Both the position numbers and the translations under genes were made by a program. Below are positions 59,185-64,000 of a DNA stretch of 64,000 nt, piece after piece. The first letter of the stretch is position 1; every line of letters begins with the position of its first letter. The DNA is from Bdellovibrionota bacterium (GTDB lineage: Bacteria > Bdellovibrionota_G > JALEGL01 > DATDPG01). The DNA is taken from positions 1,920,001 to 1,984,000 of the forward strand of contig OY764265.1 in assembly GCA_963668355.1 (NCBI GenBank), read 5' to 3'. Under the pieces are notes generated by a model. That model worked only from the letters and a program-made list of their open reading frames with translations, was not told the DNA's origin and did no database searches.

Positions 59185-60226
59185 GATTCACCGATCCTGT
59201 CGTGGGTAATAAATAATTTTTGGGTACATCCATATAATCATCTAAATGTCGTAAATAGCGAGCCGCTTCTTCAGGGCTCATCGGATTTATGTAAAAACCA
59301 CTTCCCCACTCAAATCCTCCTTGAGCCGTTAACTTTGGCATCATTTCGACATGCCAATGATAGTGTTCTGGGTGGAGATGATTGGGAGGGGTGGTGTGAA
59401 TGATGGAACTAAAAGGAGGGTTTTTTAGCGCCAATTTATATCTCCGAAGCACGTCTCGTTGGATTTCAGCTAAGGAGTTGGTTTCTTCCCTGGAAATCTC
59501 CCAAAAAAACGAGCGGTGTTTCAAAGGGGAAATCCGAATTTCGAAGGGAAAACGGGACGCAAAAGGCGTGTAGGCAATGAAGTGTTGGTTGAGGGAAACC
59601 AATCTTTTTTGATCTTCCCGTTCCTGTTCCACGGTGTCACAGAAAAAGCAGCGACCTCGGTAGTCAAAGTATTTTTTGGCTCCAGAAAGCTCCCGCTCAA
59701 TCGTGATGGGGACAATGGGAAGTGCAATCAATTGAGAGTGGGGATGAGATATGGTTGCACCTGCGGCCGCTCCTCGATTTTTAAAGGCCAAAATATAGGC
59801 AAATCGCTTGTCGCGGAAAAGATCCGTCATTCTTTGGGCGTGAGCCATAAAGATTCCCGCAGTTTGTTTAAGACTCAGTTCAGCCTGATCTATGTCATGT
59901 TCTGGGGTTTCGATGACGACTTCGTGGGCTCCGATCCCCTCCATCTTGTCAAAAAGCCCTTCAGAGCGACTTTTGACTTCCCCTTCAATTCGTAGCGCGG
60001 GATAGCGATTGGACACCACGCGAACACCCCATTCTTTTTTGCGGGGATCGGGTTTGAGCGTCAGCAGCTCAGGAGGTGTGCGCTCTTCGTGACCGGGACA
60101 GAACGGACAGTCTTCCGAGGAATCATTTTGTATTTCGTACTCAGCAAAGGCATTCGGGCGATTGGCTCGTTCAGGAGAAATGATCACCCACCTTCCGGTC
60201 AACACGTCTTTTCTCAATTCTGACAT
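59174..60226 (-). CDS. galT: GalT-family (HIT) hexose-1-phosphate nucleotidyltransferase
   Basis: CPFCPG, GAHEVVIE, HPHSQ, GFEWGSG..INP. Confidence 0.88.
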   Translation of the reverse strand: MSELRKDVLTGRWVIISPERANRPNAFAEYEIQNDSSEDCPFCPGHEERTPPELLTLKPDPRKKEWGVRVVSNRYPALRIEGEVKSRSEGLFDKMEGIGAHEVVIETPEHDIDQAELSLKQTAGIFMAHAQRMTDLFRDKRFAYILAFKNRGAAAGATISHPHSQLIALPIVPITIERELSGAKKYFDYRGRCFFCDTVEQEREDQKRLVSLNQHFIAYTPFASRFPFEIRISPLKHRSFFWEISREETNSLAEIQRDVLRRYKLALKNPPFSSIIHTTPPNHLHPEHYHWHVEMMPKLTAQGGFEWGSGFYINPMSPEEAARYLRHLDDYMDVPKNYLLPTTGSVNHGY

Positions 60227-60238
60227 TGGGTACTTTTC

Positions 60239-62320
60239 CTACTCCGAAAGTCGTCCAAAGGAAAGTCTAAGTTTTAGGGGCGAAGCGGTTGTTTTTGTAC
60301 TCAAATCCCAACCTATGGCCAAAAGGGTGCCTTGATATTCCCGCGTGAAAGCATCTTCGGTTCTTTGTAAGGTTTCAATGGGAGTCATCGTTAAATTTGT
60401 GGGAATCTCTGTGGAGGCGCAAAACGAGAGATCAAAGGCTTCGTCTTTCCAGGTAAGGGTCGTAATTTGTTTCTGGGAAAGGGAGGATCCAGGATCGCAA
60501 GAAAATTCATCTTTTTCCGCGTTTTCAAGAATCAAATGTCGGTCCGGAGCTTTTGGCGTCAAAAGAGAAATGGCCAACAGAACGCCAAAAAGAGGTTCTT
60601 CCTTGGAAAGGGGGGGGACCATCCACACGATCTCAAGGTCTCCATTCGGGAACATTTCGATGTGTTTGGAGATCGACGTTTCTTGAATCTGTTCTGTGCC
60701 TCCAAAACCTTGAGGAAAACTCTCCCAATTGATGAGGGGGCCTTGGGAGAGTTTCATGCCGCTAAAACGAACGAGTTCTTCCGGTGTGGGTTGTTTAATG
60801 CCCAAGAAGCTTCTCAGATTTCTTATGGGAAGTTGATCAAAGTGGGAGTGTTTCAATAGTTCAGATGAAATGTTGACTGACTTTTCATGAGGGGAGGCAA
60901 CGCCATCTCCATTGTTTTCGATTTCGTGAACGACATCATTCCCGTCATGATAACTCTCTCGCCAGCGTGACATGATATTCGTTAAATTGAAGTGACTTGG
61001 GAGATGATCCAACTCAGTTAGAGTTCCCGCATCCGAAGGGCGAAAAAAGGCTTGAGAGGTTTTCGATCTCAAAATGATCTCGGGGTGCCCATCTCCATCT
61101 ATATCTTCTTTGAGCATTTTTACGGGCTCTTTTTGTTTTTCTGCCAAGAAGCGATCTGCTTTAAGGATGTTCGAATAAATTCCTTGTCTTAAGTGAGGAA
61201 GGTATACGCCGCCAAAAAGACCGTGCCAAAAAGCACAATTGCATTCGGCTCTCAGAGCTGGTGTCAGCGCCTTGCTTAGATCCTCACGATTTCGAATGCT
61301 TTTTCTGACCTCGCGAGATGTACGAATGACATGCTTATGCATGTGATCTGATTCTGGATACCGGGAAAAAAACATGTCCCATAAGGAGCCCCGAACAAAA
61401 GAATTCACGGCCTCCATGGAGGTATGATGATTGGCGTGGTTTCGAATTTGATTGTACGCAGCCACGGACCGGCTGGGTAAAGCCCATTCCAACATCTCAG
61501 GATAAGAGGCATTGGGCATGTATACTTTTTTCGAGGGAAGGTGTTCATCGATGAAGTCGGAAGGTGTCACCGCTTCTACAGGCCCTTGTTCTTCTTCGAG
61601 CAGACTGAAAAATTGCTCCAACCATCCCTTTTGAATCACCCACTCGTGCGTTCCAGGCCAAAACCCGAATTTCTCTGCATCGTCTCCGTATGTGAAACCC
61701 AAAGCGTGATCCGTTCGGTTCAATTCCTCAAAATGTTTTCGGACTTGGTCGACTGGACGAAAAGGAATCAGGTAACGAAGTTGGAAGTCAGAAGGGAAGA
61801 AGAACACAGATTTTCCCGCACGCTCGGTAGCGTAATACCCGGGGAAGCGATGATCCAATAGGCCCGCCAATCGAAGGTGGTGGTCATCCAAGACCGTGTA
61901 GTTTACGCGAGCACTTGAAAGCAATTCTGCCAGCGAGGGTTCCCAAACCCGTTCAGTAAGCCAGACGCCTTTAGGGGTTTTTCCGGTATTTCCTTGCCAG
62001 TAGACCCGCAAACGTTCAATTTGCTCCATGGCATCTTCCCGCGAAATGACAGGCAGGATGGGTTCGTAGAAACCCCCGCCCATAGGTTCTACCTGCCCCG
62101 AGTTCACCAGAGAAAAGAGGCGTTCCAAAAAAGGCCGATCATTCGCTTCCAACCACTCCAATAGACAACCAGAAAAATGAAAGGCCGCACGAACCTTTGG
62201 ATGCCTTTCAAAATGGTCCAAAATGGGACCGTAACACTCTGAAATGGCGGAAGAAAAAACCTGGTCGAAATTACCGACAGGTTGGTGAAAATGAAGGATG
62301 AATATGAGTTTTGTTTTCAC
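60239..62320 (-). CDS. GH57 4-alpha-glucanotransferase/alpha-amylase
   Basis: HFHQPVGN, WLTERVWEP, DDAEKFG.WP, WHGLFGGVYLPHLR. Confidence 0.9.
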   Translation of the reverse strand: MKTKLIFILHFHQPVGNFDQVFSSAISECYGPILDHFERHPKVRAAFHFSGCLLEWLEANDRPFLERLFSLVNSGQVEPMGGGFYEPILPVISREDAMEQIERLRVYWQGNTGKTPKGVWLTERVWEPSLAELLSSARVNYTVLDDHHLRLAGLLDHRFPGYYATERAGKSVFFFPSDFQLRYLIPFRPVDQVRKHFEELNRTDHALGFTYGDDAEKFGFWPGTHEWVIQKGWLEQFFSLLEEEQGPVEAVTPSDFIDEHLPSKKVYMPNASYPEMLEWALPSRSVAAYNQIRNHANHHTSMEAVNSFVRGSLWDMFFSRYPESDHMHKHVIRTSREVRKSIRNREDLSKALTPALRAECNCAFWHGLFGGVYLPHLRQGIYSNILKADRFLAEKQKEPVKMLKEDIDGDGHPEIILRSKTSQAFFRPSDAGTLTELDHLPSHFNLTNIMSRWRESYHDGNDVVHEIENNGDGVASPHEKSVNISSELLKHSHFDQLPIRNLRSFLGIKQPTPEELVRFSGMKLSQGPLINWESFPQGFGGTEQIQETSISKHIEMFPNGDLEIVWMVPPLSKEEPLFGVLLAISLLTPKAPDRHLILENAEKDEFSCDPGSSLSQKQITTLTWKDEAFDLSFCASTEIPTNLTMTPIETLQRTEDAFTREYQGTLLAIGWDLSTKTTASPLKLRLSFGRLSE

Positions 62321-63999
62321 GAAGATGTCCCGCTAACCTCTTTGACTCCATTGCTTGGGGTTTGAATCATGATTTCTCGAAGGGAAATGGTCGAATCTGG
62401 CGTTGAAATTTTCAGAAGAAAGAGGGCCCTTTTGTTTGGGGTTAATCCCAGAGGTTCTGAAGGAATAGCCAACTCGAGAACCTTTTTTCTTTTCCCGTTG
62501 ATTTCCAAGGGGTCTCCCTGGTTGGTTTCAAAGGAATCGGCCAGGCCATCCATTACGCGCGAACAGACAACATTTCCTTCCTCGTCCATGCACACCTGAA
62601 TGGTGCGAACATTGCGCTCCACATGGAAAGCCAAATCCAGACATAGTTTTTTATTTAGGTGTGGGGCGTGCTCTGGTGTTGGGTCCAATCGCAACAGGAA
62701 CTCATTTTTCGGGGAAAAAGCCAGGTGCAATCCCAACCAGGGTTGTTCACTTTGTTGCATCGTGGATCCTTGAACCGAAGACCTCCAGGGAAGGTAAAGG
62801 GCTCCGAGCCACTCAAAAAAACTGGATTCGTATCCATCAATGGTGGGAGAGAGTTTGTGAAGGGGTTCATGCCGGGCGTCATTCGCTTTTTGAGACGAAG
62901 GAATGAACCATTGAAGAAAGTCAGGAGCTTTACGGTTCAGGGCCTCATACGCCTGTTTTAGGTGGCCTCGAAAAGCTTCATCAAATTGTTGACGATGAGA
63001 ACTCGTAAACTGTCCATCCAACCACCAAAACCAATCACTGGCTTCAGCGGCACGGAGGGACGCCCAAGCTTCGTGTACTCCCGGATGTCCTGGCCCGCGT
63101 TGAAGGTCTGAGTCCAGTTCGTCTCGAACTTTTTGGAGGATACTCCACGCCTGATTTTTTTCAGGCCCGCCGATCCACGTACCGAAGTCGGCATTGATCC
63201 AGCTTCCCGCATGCAATCGATCAATTCTCCCTTGGTGTTTCGACGACTGGATTGCATCCGAAATGGTCGAAAGCTTCAGATTCGAATATTCGCGGATTTT
63301 CCCATACAGGGTCCGAAGAAATTCCGCGCCTCCGTTTGGAAAATGTTCCCAAGGATTTTCTCCGTCCAAGGCAACCAAGAGAAAGGATCCTTGGTCTTGG
63401 GTGTGTTGGAAGCGTTCGAGGACATTTCCAATAAAATCGTTCACGGCCTCCACGGGATTTCGTTTGGCATATCGGAATCCGACGCGATCTGACAGATCAC
63501 GGTCTCGAAAGACCATTGAAAAGTGGGGGTCAGTTCCATGAACGTTCCAGGGGAATTTCGGGTTGGCCCCTTCCTGTCGTTTGGATCGGGCTAACACCTC
63601 CTCATCACTGGCCGCCCAAGAAAGACCCGCTCGACTGAGCTCTTCTGCGACGAGTTGGCTGACGGATCCTTCGGACGGCCACATTCCTTTGGGGCGAACT
63701 CCGAGAAGCTTTTCCATGAAATCCAGTCCATCTCGAATCTGATGCTGAACATCTTCCATACGCTGCATTCGTCCCGGAAGGGTGGCTTGTGGCATGGCTT
63801 CTCGTGCCGAGTCGGTATCGGCCAAAAGGGGAAGGATGGGGTGGGAATAGGGTGTGGTCGAAATTTCGATTTGCCCTCTTTCCGAGGCTTTTTTGTAAAG
63901 CTCGGGAACCCGTTTTAAAATCTCTTTTTCGATTTCATGAATGTGGTGGATTTCTTCATTGGAGAAACCGGTTCCTCGGCGCCACAACTCTTCAATTTC
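62317..63999 (-). CDS. GH57 amylopullulanase-like glycoside hydrolase, 5'-truncated by the window edge
   Basis: TTPYSHPILPLL, GMWPSEGSVS, LDGENPWE, GSWI, AEASDWFWW. Confidence 0.9.
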   Translation of the reverse strand, partial: EIEELWRRGTGFSNEEIHHIHEIEKEILKRVPELYKKASERGQIEISTTPYSHPILPLLADTDSAREAMPQATLPGRMQRMEDVQHQIRDGLDFMEKLLGVRPKGMWPSEGSVSQLVAEELSRAGLSWAASDEEVLARSKRQEGANPKFPWNVHGTDPHFSMVFRDRDLSDRVGFRYAKRNPVEAVNDFIGNVLERFQHTQDQGSFLLVALDGENPWEHFPNGGAEFLRTLYGKIREYSNLKLSTISDAIQSSKHQGRIDRLHAGSWINADFGTWIGGPEKNQAWSILQKVRDELDSDLQRGPGHPGVHEAWASLRAAEASDWFWWLDGQFTSSHRQQFDEAFRGHLKQAYEALNRKAPDFLQWFIPSSQKANDARHEPLHKLSPTIDGYESSFFEWLGALYLPWRSSVQGSTMQQSEQPWLGLHLAFSPKNEFLLRLDPTPEHAPHLNKKLCLDLAFHVERNVRTIQVCMDEEGNVVCSRVMDGLADSFETNQGDPLEINGKRKKVLELAIPSEPLGLTPNKRALFLLKISTPDSTISLREIMIQTPSNGVKEVSGTSS

Positions 64000-64000
64000 T

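Overview
A 64-kb bacterial chromosomal segment. Gene content (TamA/TamB, TonB receptor, many orphan lipoproteins, HEAT-repeat chemosensory operon, bacterial histone) suggests a diderm deltaproteobacterium-like organism such as Bdellovibrionota or Myxococcota; this is inference only. The left part (1-25 kb) holds the end of an acyl-CoA synthetase, a TMTC-like GT-C glycosyltransferase, orphan lipoproteins (several behind sigma54-type -24/-12 boxes), an arsR-arsP-thioredoxin operon, a TonB receptor and tamAB. It also has an accessory block of large secreted orphan proteins lying between an IS30-like stub and tRNA-Ala(GGC), whose 3' 40 bp is duplicated 163 bp away. The middle and right parts are mostly housekeeping: pgsA, SLT, an RHH small protein missing from the ORF track, lepA, orn, trmL, chdC(hemQ)-cbiX(S), an Omp85 protein, ttcA, hflKC, folA-thyA, trmB-like, ccmH, MCP plus cheY-A-W-HEAT-R-B, degP, dtd and a glgP/glgA/galT/GH57 glucan cluster. 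The most notable item is an 80-aa histone-fold protein with a long Lys-rich N-terminal tail (37963-38205). Other candidates are a tRNA-Ala-derived structured element, a ChdC-CbiX(S) pair, a secreted protein with a degenerate histidine-kinase fold, and large intergenic palindromic elements. All protein assignments come from motif recognition by eye; no database searches were run.
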